Shown piece after piece: positions 1-9,899 of a DNA stretch of 64,000 bases. A model generated the notes under the pieces. That model was given only the letters and a program-made list of their open reading frames with translations, was not told the DNA's origin and ran no database searches. The DNA is from Candidatus Microgenomatus auricola (GTDB taxonomy: Bacteria; Patescibacteriota; Patescibacteriia; SBBC01): the NCBI GenBank assembly GCA_005239865.1, contig SBBC01000013.1, forward strand, positions 36,759 through 100,758, read 5' to 3'. The translations under genes and the position numbers were made by a program. Every line of letters begins with the position of its first letter. The first letter of the stretch is position 1.

Positions 1-2011
1 TCGTCAGCAATTTTTTCGAAGACTCGGCATTCAGCCGAAGGACGTGGTCATGGCGGAACAGGTGCACGGGCGGTGGGTTCGACGTGTCTCAGTGGGTGAC
101 CGTCGGGCGGGCTTCAGGCCTGACACTCGCTTGGCGAGAACCGACGGCCTGGTGACGACTGACCGCGGAATCATGTTGGCGGTCTTTGCGGCCGATTGCG
201 TGCCGGTCATGGCCGTTGATTTGCAACAGCGCGTGGTCGGGGTGGCCCACGCCGGGTGGCGCGGTATTCTGGCCGGGATCATTCCATCGTTCGTGCGTGA
301 ACTCCAACGCGCCGGCGCTAGTTCGCGCTCCCTCTTCCTGTGGCTCGGTCCAGCGGCGCATGCGTGTTGCTATGCGTTGCGACCGGCTGACGCGCCACGC
401 ACCCAAGACTTCATTCGCCGGTTCGGTCACACGAGTGTTCGCGTCGAAGGCAAGACCACCTATCTTGACCTCCCGCAAGCAATAGTGACCGACCTCATCA
501 AGGCGGGCGTACCGCGCCGACAGATTGACATTGATCCGGCCTGTACCATCCACGATTCCCGCGCCTGGCCGTCTCATCGCCGCCAAGGAAAAAAGCGGCA
601 ACACTCGCTCATGGGTATGATCGGTTTGCGCGACCCGCTCGATCATGTCAAAGGAAAGCACGTCCTGGTAATTGGTTTGGGACTCCATGGGGGAGGCGTG
701 GCCAGCATTCGCTGGCTCGTTCGACACGGTGCGCGCGTCACCGTGACGGATAAAAAAAACCGATCGGGACTCGCCACCTCTCTTCGCCAGCTCAGTGAGC
801 TGCCCGTGACCTATATTCTCGGACGTCACCGATCAAGCGACGTTCGGCAAGCTGATCTCGTTATAGCCAATCCGGGCGTCCCCCGGGAATCACCGTTGAT
901 CCAAACCGCTCTCCGCCTTCGGATTCCAGTCGAGAGCGACGCGGCAATTTTTTTTCGTCACTGTCGTTCACCAATCATCGGAGTGACCGGGACGAAGGGG
1001 AAAACCACCACGACGGTACTCATCGAAGCGATGTTGCGAGCCAACCATCGCCCCGTCGTTTCAGTTGGCCACAATCAAGTGCCCCTGCTGCATGTCCTTG
1101 ATCGACTTTCCGCGCGCCAGCTGGTGGTCGCTGAATTGTCCAGTTGGCGACTTGAGGGTTTAGCCGCTCGCGGCATGAGTCCCCACATCGCGGTGATCAC
1201 GAACATCATGCCAGATCATCTCAATCGCTATCGGAACTTCGCGGCGTACGTCCGGGCTAAACAAACGATCGTCAACTGGCAACGACATAATGACAACGCC
1301 GTGCTGAATCGCGACAATCCGGTGACGAGAACTATCGGTCAACGTGTCGTGGCGCGTCGGTGGTGGTTCTCCCGTCGGTATTTTCGCGGCGAAAACGGCG
1401 CTTTCATCCGTCACGACCAAGCCTACATCCGTGAGGATGGCCAAGAACACCAGTTGTTTCGATTGGCGGATGTTCGGCGGCCGGCCGGTCATGAAATATC
1501 CAATCTGCTGGCCGCCGCGGTGGTGGCGCGAATCTGCGGCGTAAAACTCCAAGCCATCCGCCGAATTGTCCGCACGTTTCAAGGCATTCCTCATCGCCTG
1601 GAGACGCTTGGTGCGGTTGACGGCGTCCGGTACATCAACGACTCAAGCGCCACTACGCCCGAAGCGGCGCTGGCCGGTCTCGAGAGCGTTACCGGCAACC
1701 TGATCCTGATCGCCGGTGGAACTGACAAACGACTCGATTACCGCGCCTTTGGCCAGACCATCAGTGCACGGTGCAAATCTGTCATTCTTTTTGACGGATC
1801 GGCCACCCGGAAACTCCTCCGACACGTCATCAATGTGCCGGTGACGGTCGTCCGCGACATGCACCAAGCAGTTCGATTGGCAAACCTGCTGGCTGACCGC
1901 GGAGACACCGTCCTACTTTCGCCAGGAGCCGCTAGTTTTGGTGTATTCCAGCACGAGTTCGATCGAGGCGATCAATTCCGGCAGGCTGTCACGGAGTTAC
2001 GACAAGCATGA
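1..2011 (+). CDS. murD: 5'-partial ORF fusing a PgeF/YfiH (DUF152) peptidoglycan-editing domain (approx. nt 1-610) in frame to MurD, UDP-N-acetylmuramoyl-L-alanine--D-glutamate ligase (approx. nt 611-2011).
   Basis: N-terminal part carries the DUF152 motifs 'EQVHG', 'DCVPV' and 'HAGWRG'. It is followed with no stop by the MurD NAD-like fold 'KHVLVIGLGLHGGG' and the Mur ligase P-loop 'GVTGTKGKTTT'. The frame is open back to nt 2, so the 5' end lies outside the window. Confidence 0.8.
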   Translation, partial: RQQFFRRLGIQPKDVVMAEQVHGRWVRRVSVGDRRAGFRPDTRLARTDGLVTTDRGIMLAVFAADCVPVMAVDLQQRVVGVAHAGWRGILAGIIPSFVRELQRAGASSRSLFLWLGPAAHACCYALRPADAPRTQDFIRRFGHTSVRVEGKTTYLDLPQAIVTDLIKAGVPRRQIDIDPACTIHDSRAWPSHRRQGKKRQHSLMGMIGLRDPLDHVKGKHVLVIGLGLHGGGVASIRWLVRHGARVTVTDKKNRSGLATSLRQLSELPVTYILGRHRSSDVRQADLVIANPGVPRESPLIQTALRLRIPVESDAAIFFRHCRSPIIGVTGTKGKTTTTVLIEAMLRANHRPVVSVGHNQVPLLHVLDRLSARQLVVAELSSWRLEGLAARGMSPHIAVITNIMPDHLNRYRNFAAYVRAKQTIVNWQRHNDNAVLNRDNPVTRTIGQRVVARRWWFSRRYFRGENGAFIRHDQAYIREDGQEHQLFRLADVRRPAGHEISNLLAAAVVARICGVKLQAIRRIVRTFQGIPHRLETLGAVDGVRYINDSSATTPEAALAGLESVTGNLILIAGGTDKRLDYRAFGQTISARCKSVILFDGSATRKLLRHVINVPVTVVRDMHQAVRLANLLADRGDTVLLSPGAASFGVFQHEFDRGDQFRQAVTELRQA

Positions 2012-3108
2012 ACGTTCATCGCGCCGATTCCATCTTTCTCCTGATTGTTTTTTCGCTCGTCGTCTTCGGTTTAATCGTTCTCTCTAGCGCCAGCACGGTG
2101 ATTGGCCATCAAGAGTTCGGTGACAGCGCGTATTTCTTGAAACGCCAATTCCTTAGCGTGCTGATCGGGGTGCTCCTCTTCGCCATCACCTACCGTCTCG
2201 ATTATCGTGTCTGGCGGAAGTTTGCGTTCCCGTTTCTCATCATTTCGATGGCGTTGCTGGTGGCGGTATTCGTTCCCGGTATCGGTTTGAAACTCCTCGG
2301 TGCTCAACGGTGGATCAACGTCGGACTCTTCACCTTTCAGCCAGCCGAAATTGTCAAACTGACCTTCCTCGTCTACTTGGCACGTTGGCTGGAGGATCGC
2401 GGTCGGGTAATGACTGATCGGGCCTACGGATTGTGGCCGTTTCTGCTCCTAGTTGGGGCTATTGCTTTTCTCGTGATGAAACAGCCGGACGTCGGAACGA
2501 TGGTGATTATTGGGATCATCGCCCTGTCGTCGTACTGGGTGGCCGGGGCGCCGTTCAAAGATATTGCGTTGATCCTTCTCTTAGCGGCCGGATTCTTTGC
2601 ACTCGTCGTCCAAACTGCCTCGTACCGGGCAGCTCGATTTCTCGTTTTTCTCAATCCGCAATACGATCCACAGGGCGTTGGCTACCACATCAACCAGGCG
2701 TTACTCGCGATCGGGTCGGGCGGGCTGTTCGGTCTCGGCCTCGGCCACTCACGACAAAAATTCAACTATTTACCCGAGGCGCAGGGCGACTCCATTTTTG
2801 CAGTGGTGGCCGAAGAGCTCGGGTTTTTCATTGTCCTCGCCCTCCTGGTGCTGTTTGTCGCGTTTATGCTTCGTGGCTACCGCATCGCTCGTCAGGCGCC
2901 GGACAGTTTCGGCAAGGTCTTGGCCGCCGGTATCACCACCTGGCTCGGTTTCCAGGCCCTGATCAACGTCGCTGCCTTGAGCGGGATAATCCCGCTGACC
3001 GGCGTTCCACTTCCATTTATTAGTTACGGCGGAACGGCCATGATGAGTTCGCTGGCCGCCGTCGGCATCCTGGCCAATATTTCCCGGGCCGGAAACTTAC
3101 GCCCATAA
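2008..3108 (+). CDS. ftsW: SEDS-family peptidoglycan glycosyltransferase (FtsW/RodA/SpoVE)
   Basis: About 10 predicted TM segments and conserved SEDS motifs ('PAEIVKL', 'DSIFAVVAEELG', 'PLPFISYGG'). Sits between murD and murG as in a dcw cluster. Confidence 0.85.
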   Translation: MNVHRADSIFLLIVFSLVVFGLIVLSSASTVIGHQEFGDSAYFLKRQFLSVLIGVLLFAITYRLDYRVWRKFAFPFLIISMALLVAVFVPGIGLKLLGAQRWINVGLFTFQPAEIVKLTFLVYLARWLEDRGRVMTDRAYGLWPFLLLVGAIAFLVMKQPDVGTMVIIGIIALSSYWVAGAPFKDIALILLLAAGFFALVVQTASYRAARFLVFLNPQYDPQGVGYHINQALLAIGSGGLFGLGLGHSRQKFNYLPEAQGDSIFAVVAEELGFFIVLALLVLFVAFMLRGYRIARQAPDSFGKVLAAGITTWLGFQALINVAALSGIIPLTGVPLPFISYGGTAMMSSLAAVGILANISRAGNLRP

Positions 3109-3111
3109 TCT

Positions 3112-5133
3112 ATGCGCGTTCTACTCGCTGGTGGGGGAACCGGTGGATCAGTCACACCACTGTTAGCCATTGCGGCTGAACTCCGTTCGTCGTTTCCGAG
3201 CGTCGAGTTTTTGTTCATCGGTGGGAAACGCGGGCCGGAACAATCGCTCGTGGCCGCAAAAAACATTCCGTTTGTCTCAATCACGGCTGGTAAGCTCCGT
3301 CGCTATTTCTCTTTTCAGAATGTGCTTGATCTCTTTCGTGTCGCAGTCGGTTTCCTGCAGACTTTTTTTCTCCTCGGAACATTTCGACCGGATGTTATCG
3401 TCAGCGTTGGAAGCTTCGTGGCAGTACCAGTGGTCTGGGCCGGCTGGGTCCGGGGGATCCCGTGTCTCATCCATCAGCAGGATATCAGGCCGGGTTTGTC
3501 AAACAAGCTCAGCGCTCCCTTTGCAACCAAGATCACCGTCTCTTTTGAGCAGTCGCTCCGCGATTTCCCGCCAAGCAAGAGCGTCTGGGTGGGAAATCCG
3601 ATTCGGTTAGAACTTCTCCGCGGCGACCGGGAGCGAGCGCGCACACGACTCGGCCTGCGTGACGATCTCCCGGTGGTCCTCGCCTTCGGCGGCGGCACCG
3701 GCGCGTTGCATCTCAATCAACTGGTGGCGGAAGCTGGACTCAATCTCGTTCGACGATGTCAAATCGTCCTGTTGACGGGCAGCCGTGAACACCGTTTTCA
3801 CGTGGAGCATCCAAATTTTCACACCTATGAATTCCTGACCGACGACATGGCCGACGCCTACGCCGTTGCCGATCTCGTGGTTTGCCGGGCCGGCTTGTCT
3901 ACCCTGTCGGAAATCGCCGCGCTCGGTAAGCCGGCGATCGTCGTGCCGCTCCCAGGGACGCACCAGGAAGAAAACGCCAAACACTTCGAACGTAATCAGG
4001 CCGCTGTCATCCTTCACGAAAAAAACCTGCGGCGGGAAATTCTTGAGCAGACCGTTCTCAATCTTCTATCCGACCACGACCGACGATCGACCCTCGGGCA
4101 CAACATCAAAAGACTTACCCGCCTCGATGCTGGCCAGCGATTAGTTAAAGAAATTGCCGAGATCGCCCACCAGCCGGAACTTCGCCGGATTGAACGTCAA
4201 TTGTCCGGTCGTGCGGAGCGGCTGCTGCGAAACGAACCCTTGTCGCGTCACACCAATTTTCGACTTGGTGGACCAGCCGATCTGTTCGTAGTCTGCCGTT
4301 CGCGTCGGTCAGTCATTGAAACGTTCCGCTATCTCCATCAGGCCGAGGTTCCGTACCTTATTCTTGGTGGCGGTGCCAATGTCGTCTGCGCTGATCGCGG
4401 CTATCGTGGCGTGGTCGTCCAAATCAAAAACCAGGAGTTTCTAGTTCACGGCCATGAAGTCGAGGTCGGCGCCGGCATGAATACCGGACAGGTAGCCAGC
4501 CGCTGTCTTCAGGCCGGTCTGGTCGGAATGGAATTTGTGGTCGGCATTTACGGAACGATTGGCGGCGCGCTCCGCGGCAATGCCGGATCCTTTGGGACCG
4601 AGATGAAAGACGTAGTCGTGTCGTGTCAAGTCGTTACTCCGTCGGGAGTGGTCGAGACCTGGACCAACCAACAATTGAAATTCGGGTATCGCCACAGCCT
4701 TTTGAAGACCGTCAGTGCCGCGGTCGTCACCGTACGCCTGCGACTCCGACCTGGCAATGTTCAACAAGCCCATCAAAAAATTGTCGAGTATGCAACGTAC
4801 AAGCGGACGCATCAGCCGCTGAAGTATCCAAGCGCCGGTTGCCTATTCAAGAATTACGAACTCGGGCCGGATGATCTTGAGTTGCGCCAACGGTTTGCCT
4901 CGGTCCTGAAAGATAATCGGATCCCGGCCTGGGCACTGATTGCCGAAGCTGGATGTGCTGGAATGCGGATTGGTGACATCCAGGTGAGCGACCAACACGC
5001 GAACTTTTTTCTTAATCTTGGACGCGGCCGATCTGATGACGTGATCATTTTAGCGAGTCTCGTCAAGCAGAAAGTCCGCGATCTCTTTGGCGTCCAGTTG
5101 CACGAAGAGGTCCAATTTTTGGGATTCCAGTAA
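3112..5133 (+). CDS. murG-murB: MurG (UDP-GlcNAc:lipid I transferase) fused in frame to MurB (UDP-N-acetylenolpyruvoylglucosamine reductase)
   Basis: N-terminal ~355 aa is MurG ('MRVLLAGGGTGGSVTPLLAIA', the C-terminal UDP-GlcNAc binding region 'GGGTGAL' and 'VCRAGLSTLSEIAALGKPAIVVP'). C-terminal ~315 aa is MurB (FAD-binding 'NFRLGGPADLFVV', 'LGGGANVV'). Domain junction near nt 4177. Confidence 0.8.
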   Translation: MRVLLAGGGTGGSVTPLLAIAAELRSSFPSVEFLFIGGKRGPEQSLVAAKNIPFVSITAGKLRRYFSFQNVLDLFRVAVGFLQTFFLLGTFRPDVIVSVGSFVAVPVVWAGWVRGIPCLIHQQDIRPGLSNKLSAPFATKITVSFEQSLRDFPPSKSVWVGNPIRLELLRGDRERARTRLGLRDDLPVVLAFGGGTGALHLNQLVAEAGLNLVRRCQIVLLTGSREHRFHVEHPNFHTYEFLTDDMADAYAVADLVVCRAGLSTLSEIAALGKPAIVVPLPGTHQEENAKHFERNQAAVILHEKNLRREILEQTVLNLLSDHDRRSTLGHNIKRLTRLDAGQRLVKEIAEIAHQPELRRIERQLSGRAERLLRNEPLSRHTNFRLGGPADLFVVCRSRRSVIETFRYLHQAEVPYLILGGGANVVCADRGYRGVVVQIKNQEFLVHGHEVEVGAGMNTGQVASRCLQAGLVGMEFVVGIYGTIGGALRGNAGSFGTEMKDVVVSCQVVTPSGVVETWTNQQLKFGYRHSLLKTVSAAVVTVRLRLRPGNVQQAHQKIVEYATYKRTHQPLKYPSAGCLFKNYELGPDDLELRQRFASVLKDNRIPAWALIAEAGCAGMRIGDIQVSDQHANFFLNLGRGRSDDVIILASLVKQKVRDLFGVQLHEEVQFLGFQ

Positions 5134-5144
5134 AGCCGAAGGGT

Positions 5145-5441
5145 ATGGATACGAGCGTCAGTGCAAAAAACTTTGTTCTCACGCCGAGCCTCAAGACTTT
5201 CGCCGAAGAAAAGATGGAGCGGCTGCGGCGCTATTCGCCGCGCATCATCCGTGCCCATGTCGAGTTGAGCATGAACCGGCATCACCTGCACGGTGATATT
5301 TTTGTGGCCTACGTCTGGTTGGAAATCCCCGGTCAAGACATCCATGCGACTGCCGAGGCTTCAGACATTCGCACGGCCATCGACGCGGTCTACCCGAAGC
5401 TTGAACGTCAGGTCCTTCGTGGCAAAGTACGCCATCGCTGA
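5145..5441 (+). CDS. hpf: Ribosome hibernation promoting factor / RaiA (short form)
   Basis: 98 aa. Matches the HPF pattern 'AKNFVLTPSLKTFAEEKMERL...' and 'AIDAVYPKLERQVLRGKVRHR' (cf. the 'DLYAAID...LERQLRKHK' pattern). Confidence 0.8.
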   Translation: MDTSVSAKNFVLTPSLKTFAEEKMERLRRYSPRIIRAHVELSMNRHHLHGDIFVAYVWLEIPGQDIHATAEASDIRTAIDAVYPKLERQVLRGKVRHR

Positions 5442-5523
5442 CCGTCGGCGGCAACGCTCGGCTTGTGCGCTTTGTCGTTTTATGACATGCTGCTTGCAGC
5501 CAGGAGATTTTTGACTTGCCGGT

Positions 5524-8247
5524 ATGTCGATTTTGAACAAACTTTTCGGCGATGCAAACGCACGCGTCGTTCGATCATACCAGCCGATGGTCGAGGCCAT
5601 CAACCGACTTGAGCACAACGTTTCCTCGCTCGGCGATGAAAACATCCGCCAACGGCTGCTCGAGCTACGGTCAATTGTTGACGGATCGTCGGCCAAACTC
5701 GATGACGTTCTGCCGGAGGTTTTTGCCATGACACGAGAAGCGTCGCGACGGGCGCTTCAGCTTCGACATTTTGACGTCCAGCTGATTGGCGGAATCGTCT
5801 TGCATCAAGGAAAAATTGCAGAAATGAAAACCGGCGAGGGAAAAACTTTGGTCGCGACCCTGCCCGTCGTTCTCAACGCCTTGACCGGCCAGGGAGTCCA
5901 CATCGTGACCGTCAACGATTACCTGGCCAAACGCGACGCCGGATGGATGGGACCGATCTACGCCCGACTTGGACTGACCTGTGCGGCTATCGTGCATGAG
6001 GCCTCATGGATTTTCGACGAGACGTTCACGAACGAACCGACGACCGATCCGTTGCTTAAGCATCTTCGCCCGATCAGCCGTCGTGAAGCGTACGCCGCTG
6101 ACATTACGTACGGCACGAACAATGAGTTCGGATTCGATTACCTGCGCGACAACATGGTCCCATCACCGGATCACCTCGGGCAGCGCCAACTTCACTACGC
6201 CATCGTTGACGAAGTTGATTCGATCCTGATTGACGAAGCGCGGACGCCGCTCATCATTTCGGCTCCGGTCGAACGTTCGGCCGATGACTATCGCAAAATT
6301 GACCAGCTCGTCAAACGACTGACGGCCGAGCGTGACTTCAAAATTGATGAGAAAATGCGCTCGGTTTTCCTGACCGAGGCTGGCATTACCAGCATGGAAC
6401 GGATGCTCGGTGTGCCGAACATCTATTCGGCCGCGGACAGCGACCTCTTGAACATCATCAATCAAGCGCTCCGCGCGAACTCCAACTTATTCGAGCGCGA
6501 CAAACAGTACGTTGTTCGGAATGGCGAAATCGTGATAGTTGACGAATTCACCGGCCGCTTAATGTTCGGACGAAGATACTCCGACGGTCTCCATCAGGCG
6601 ATTGAGGCCAAGGAAGGAGTCGAGATCAAGCAGGAAAGCCAAACCTTGGCCACGATTACCTTTCAGAATCTCTTTCGGATGTATGAAAAGCTGGCCGGGA
6701 TGACCGGAACGGCGGTGACTGAAGCCGAGGAATTTCACAAAATTTACCAACTCGACGTGGTGGTAATTCCGACCCATCAACCGATGATCCGGGTTGATTT
6801 CGAGGATTCGGTCTACAAAAACGAGCAGGGAAAGTTCACGGCCGTGGTGCGGGAAATCAAAAAGCGTCACGCTCAAGGACAACCTATTCTGGCCGGAACG
6901 ATTTCGATCGCCAAAAACGAACTCCTCTCCGCCCTCCTCCAACGCGAGGGCATTCGCCATGAAGTACTCAACGCGAAAAACCATGAACGGGAGGCCCAGA
7001 TCATCGCCCAGGCCGGTCGGCTAGGAGCGGTCACCATCGCCACGAACATGGCCGGTCGCGGCGTAGACATCATTCTTGGCGGCAACCCACCCAATCCTCA
7101 AGAACATGCGGCCGTGAAAGAACGCGGCGGTCTTCACGTCATTGGGACGGAACGACACGAGGCCCGACGCATTGATTTGCAGCTGCGTGGCCGATCCGGG
7201 CGACAGGGCGATCCGGGCTCCTCGCAATTCTTCGTTTCGATGGAAGACGACTTGATGCGGATCTTCGGCAGTGATCGAATGAAAAATCTCATGGATCGCC
7301 TCGGGATTCCCGATGACATGCCGATTGAGAATAGAATGGTCAGCAAATCGATTGAAGCCGCGCAGAAGAAAGTTGAGGGTCACAACTTCGATATTCGAAA
7401 ACATCTCGTCGAATACGACGACGTCATGAACAAACATCGCGAGGTGATCTACCGGAAGCGAAAGGAAATTCTTCTGGCCGAACCGGTCCGGCTGCGAGAG
7501 ATGGCAAATAAGATGATTGAACAGGAACTCGAAACGCTCGTTGTCTTTCACACCACCGAAGAAAGCCCGGAGCAGTGGAAACTCGATAAAGTCTACGATT
7601 CGGTCAACGCCATTTTCGCTCTGCGATCAGACGAACGGAAACTCCTGCCGGAGCTCGTCAGCCAGTCAGGGAGCGTTCCGCCGGCGTCGTCGTTCCGTCA
7701 CGATCTAACAACGTATCTGGTCGAATTGGCGACCGTCAAATTTTCTACTTTGCTGGCAGCTTCGGCCGAGCCTGATCAGGCCCTCCACATCGTCCGGAGC
7801 ATCATGCTGCGAACAATTGATGTGATGTGGATTGAACATCTGGATTTAATGGAACATTTGCGGGAGGGAATTGGTCTGCGTGGGTACGGACAACGCGATC
7901 CACTCATCGAATACAAGCGCGAGGCGTATCAACTTTTCACCCAACTTCTGAATTCAATTAATGAGCAGACCGCGATTGCGATTTTTAAACTCGAACACGC
8001 TCACACACCGGAACAAACGCCGATGGCGCGTCGGAAATTGATCGAATCAGCACCGGCCAAAACCATGGCTGACGAGCTGGCGCATCCGGTTACCGTGTCC
8101 GGCGTTCCGTCACATGCCCAACCCACCTCGCCGAAAGCGACGTTCCGGAAGGTCGGAAGAAACGACCCGTGTCCATGTGGCTCTGGAAAAAAATTCAAAA
8201 AATGCTACCTAGCCAATGATCCGGGCTGCAAATTACGGACTCAGTAG
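5524..8247 (+). CDS. secA: Preprotein translocase ATPase SecA
   Basis: 907 aa. Has the DEAD motor (Walker A 'MKTGEGKT'), SecA motifs throughout, and the C-terminal zinc-binding tail 'CPCGSGKKFKKC'. Confidence 0.95.
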   Translation: MSILNKLFGDANARVVRSYQPMVEAINRLEHNVSSLGDENIRQRLLELRSIVDGSSAKLDDVLPEVFAMTREASRRALQLRHFDVQLIGGIVLHQGKIAEMKTGEGKTLVATLPVVLNALTGQGVHIVTVNDYLAKRDAGWMGPIYARLGLTCAAIVHEASWIFDETFTNEPTTDPLLKHLRPISRREAYAADITYGTNNEFGFDYLRDNMVPSPDHLGQRQLHYAIVDEVDSILIDEARTPLIISAPVERSADDYRKIDQLVKRLTAERDFKIDEKMRSVFLTEAGITSMERMLGVPNIYSAADSDLLNIINQALRANSNLFERDKQYVVRNGEIVIVDEFTGRLMFGRRYSDGLHQAIEAKEGVEIKQESQTLATITFQNLFRMYEKLAGMTGTAVTEAEEFHKIYQLDVVVIPTHQPMIRVDFEDSVYKNEQGKFTAVVREIKKRHAQGQPILAGTISIAKNELLSALLQREGIRHEVLNAKNHEREAQIIAQAGRLGAVTIATNMAGRGVDIILGGNPPNPQEHAAVKERGGLHVIGTERHEARRIDLQLRGRSGRQGDPGSSQFFVSMEDDLMRIFGSDRMKNLMDRLGIPDDMPIENRMVSKSIEAAQKKVEGHNFDIRKHLVEYDDVMNKHREVIYRKRKEILLAEPVRLREMANKMIEQELETLVVFHTTEESPEQWKLDKVYDSVNAIFALRSDERKLLPELVSQSGSVPPASSFRHDLTTYLVELATVKFSTLLAASAEPDQALHIVRSIMLRTIDVMWIEHLDLMEHLREGIGLRGYGQRDPLIEYKREAYQLFTQLLNSINEQTAIAIFKLEHAHTPEQTPMARRKLIESAPAKTMADELAHPVTVSGVPSHAQPTSPKATFRKVGRNDPCPCGSGKKFKKCYLANDPGCKLRTQ

Positions 8248-8261
8248 GTCCTCAATAGCTG

Positions 8262-8290
8262 TTGACAGGCAGAATTTTTTCTGCTATGCT
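8262..8290 (+). promoter_or_regulatory. Sigma70-type promoter, TTGACA-N17-TATGCT
   Basis: Perfect -35 hexamer with a 17-nt spacer and a near-consensus -10, in the secA/LDT intergenic region. Confidence 0.6.
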
Positions 8291-8449
8291 GGTAATAGTT
8301 CGTTGTTTCCAACATAAAAACAAAGAGCAAAGATGAAGGCCAGAGGTCTTCATCTACACAGATGACGATAAAACGTCTTCTCGGTAGTGGGCCTCTGGCC
8401 ATTCTCCATTTCCATCGGGGAATGCGCTTGTAGAGCCACCGCGTTTTGC

Positions 8450-9853
8450 ATGTCACACTTACGCCATCCGGTCATCCTCGTGTCCATCGTCGTTGGCGCT
8501 TTTTGTCTATTGATGAACCCGGCAGCAGCGAAGGAGGTTGGGGTGATGGCTCCAGAGGTCCGGGTCCTCAACCACAACGGCGCGGTCCAAACAACCTTTC
8601 AAGCCAACCATCAGAATTTTCACGGGGGCGTTCACGTGGCTGTCGGCGACATGGACAGCGACGGCGCAACGGAGCTTGTGACTGGACCGGGCGCCGGGAC
8701 GACACCGACGGTTCGCGTTTTTGAATTAGACGGTACGCTCATCAGGAGTTTTCTGGCTTACGGCGAAGGATTCCGCGGCGGCGTCAATGTGGCGGTCTAT
8801 GATCTTGACAGAGATGGAACCGCGGAGATCATTACCGGTCCCGGCCTCGGCGGCGGCCCCGAGGTTCGCGTCTTTCGGGCGGATGGCACACGCCTCGCCG
8901 CCTTTTTTGCTTTTGATCCAACATTCCGCGGCGGCGTCAATGTCGCCGCCGGCCGATTCGGCACCAACCGACAACCATTGATCGCGGCCGCCTCTGGATA
9001 CGGCGGCGCGCACGTCCGATTGTTTACACCAGCCGGGAAATACGCGGGTGTCAATCTTCGTCCCTTCGGTCAGGTTAGGCATGGCGTGGTGGTGGCCGAA
9101 CTTCCCGTCAACACTCACCGCTCAAAATTGGTGGCCATCCCCGAGCGATCGGCCGCGGCAAAAGTCGAGATCTACAATCTCGATTCGCCAACTAAACCGG
9201 AGCGCAGCTTTCACGGCGTACCGAAACGTTACGAAGCCGGTGCTCGACTCGCGATCAGTGACGTTGATCTCGATGGCGAACATGAGATCGTCGTCGGCAC
9301 CGGTCCCGGCAGCGCACCGCGCGTTCGCATCTTCAACACCGGCGGCAGACTGGAAAAAGACGTGGCGGCTTTTCGAAGCAATTTTCGTGGCGGACTGGCG
9401 GTGGCGGCTGGTCCGGGTATGGTCGTGGTTGGACCAGGCGCGGTTGATCTGGATGGTCGTCCAGACCTCTACAAGTACATCCAGATTGACCTTTCGAGGC
9501 AGACCTTAAAGTATTTTCAAAATGGTCGTCTCCTCAACACCCACCAGGTCTCGACCGGCAAGTGGGATACACCGACACCGATCGGCACGTTCGCCATCAA
9601 GAATCACATCGCGAATGCTTACTCGAAACGCTACGACCTGTATATGGAGTGGTGGATGGCGTTCAGTCCGGACGGGTCGTACGGCATTCACGCACTCCCG
9701 TATTGGAAAACGAAGAATGGCGGAAAACGTTACGAGGGGCAAGGACATCTCGGAACACCGGTGTCGCATGGCTGTATTCGTCAAACTTTGGCTGAAGCGA
9801 AGCGCCTGTACGCCTGGGCAGAAAACGGGACACCCGTGATCGTCAAGAAGTAA
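8450..9853 (+). CDS. Secreted FG-GAP-like beta-propeller protein with a C-terminal L,D-transpeptidase (YkuD) domain
   Basis: Signal-peptide-like N-terminus. About six repeats of 'RGGVNVAVxDxDxDGxxEIxxGPGxGxxPxVRVF'. C-terminal YkuD catalytic motif with 'HGCIR'. The ORF track starts at a GTG at 8387; an ATG at 8450 precedes the signal peptide. Confidence 0.75.
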   Translation: MSHLRHPVILVSIVVGAFCLLMNPAAAKEVGVMAPEVRVLNHNGAVQTTFQANHQNFHGGVHVAVGDMDSDGATELVTGPGAGTTPTVRVFELDGTLIRSFLAYGEGFRGGVNVAVYDLDRDGTAEIITGPGLGGGPEVRVFRADGTRLAAFFAFDPTFRGGVNVAAGRFGTNRQPLIAAASGYGGAHVRLFTPAGKYAGVNLRPFGQVRHGVVVAELPVNTHRSKLVAIPERSAAAKVEIYNLDSPTKPERSFHGVPKRYEAGARLAISDVDLDGEHEIVVGTGPGSAPRVRIFNTGGRLEKDVAAFRSNFRGGLAVAAGPGMVVVGPGAVDLDGRPDLYKYIQIDLSRQTLKYFQNGRLLNTHQVSTGKWDTPTPIGTFAIKNHIANAYSKRYDLYMEWWMAFSPDGSYGIHALPYWKTKNGGKRYEGQGHLGTPVSHGCIRQTLAEAKRLYAWAENGTPVIVKK

Positions 9854-9899
9854 GGCGTTTGACCGCCGAAAAAAATCCGTGATACGATGATGACGTCAC

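Noticed and set aside
89-829. 246-aa - strand ORF overlapping pgeF-murD
   Set aside because: It is antisense to a gene with strong domain evidence and has no recognisable motifs.
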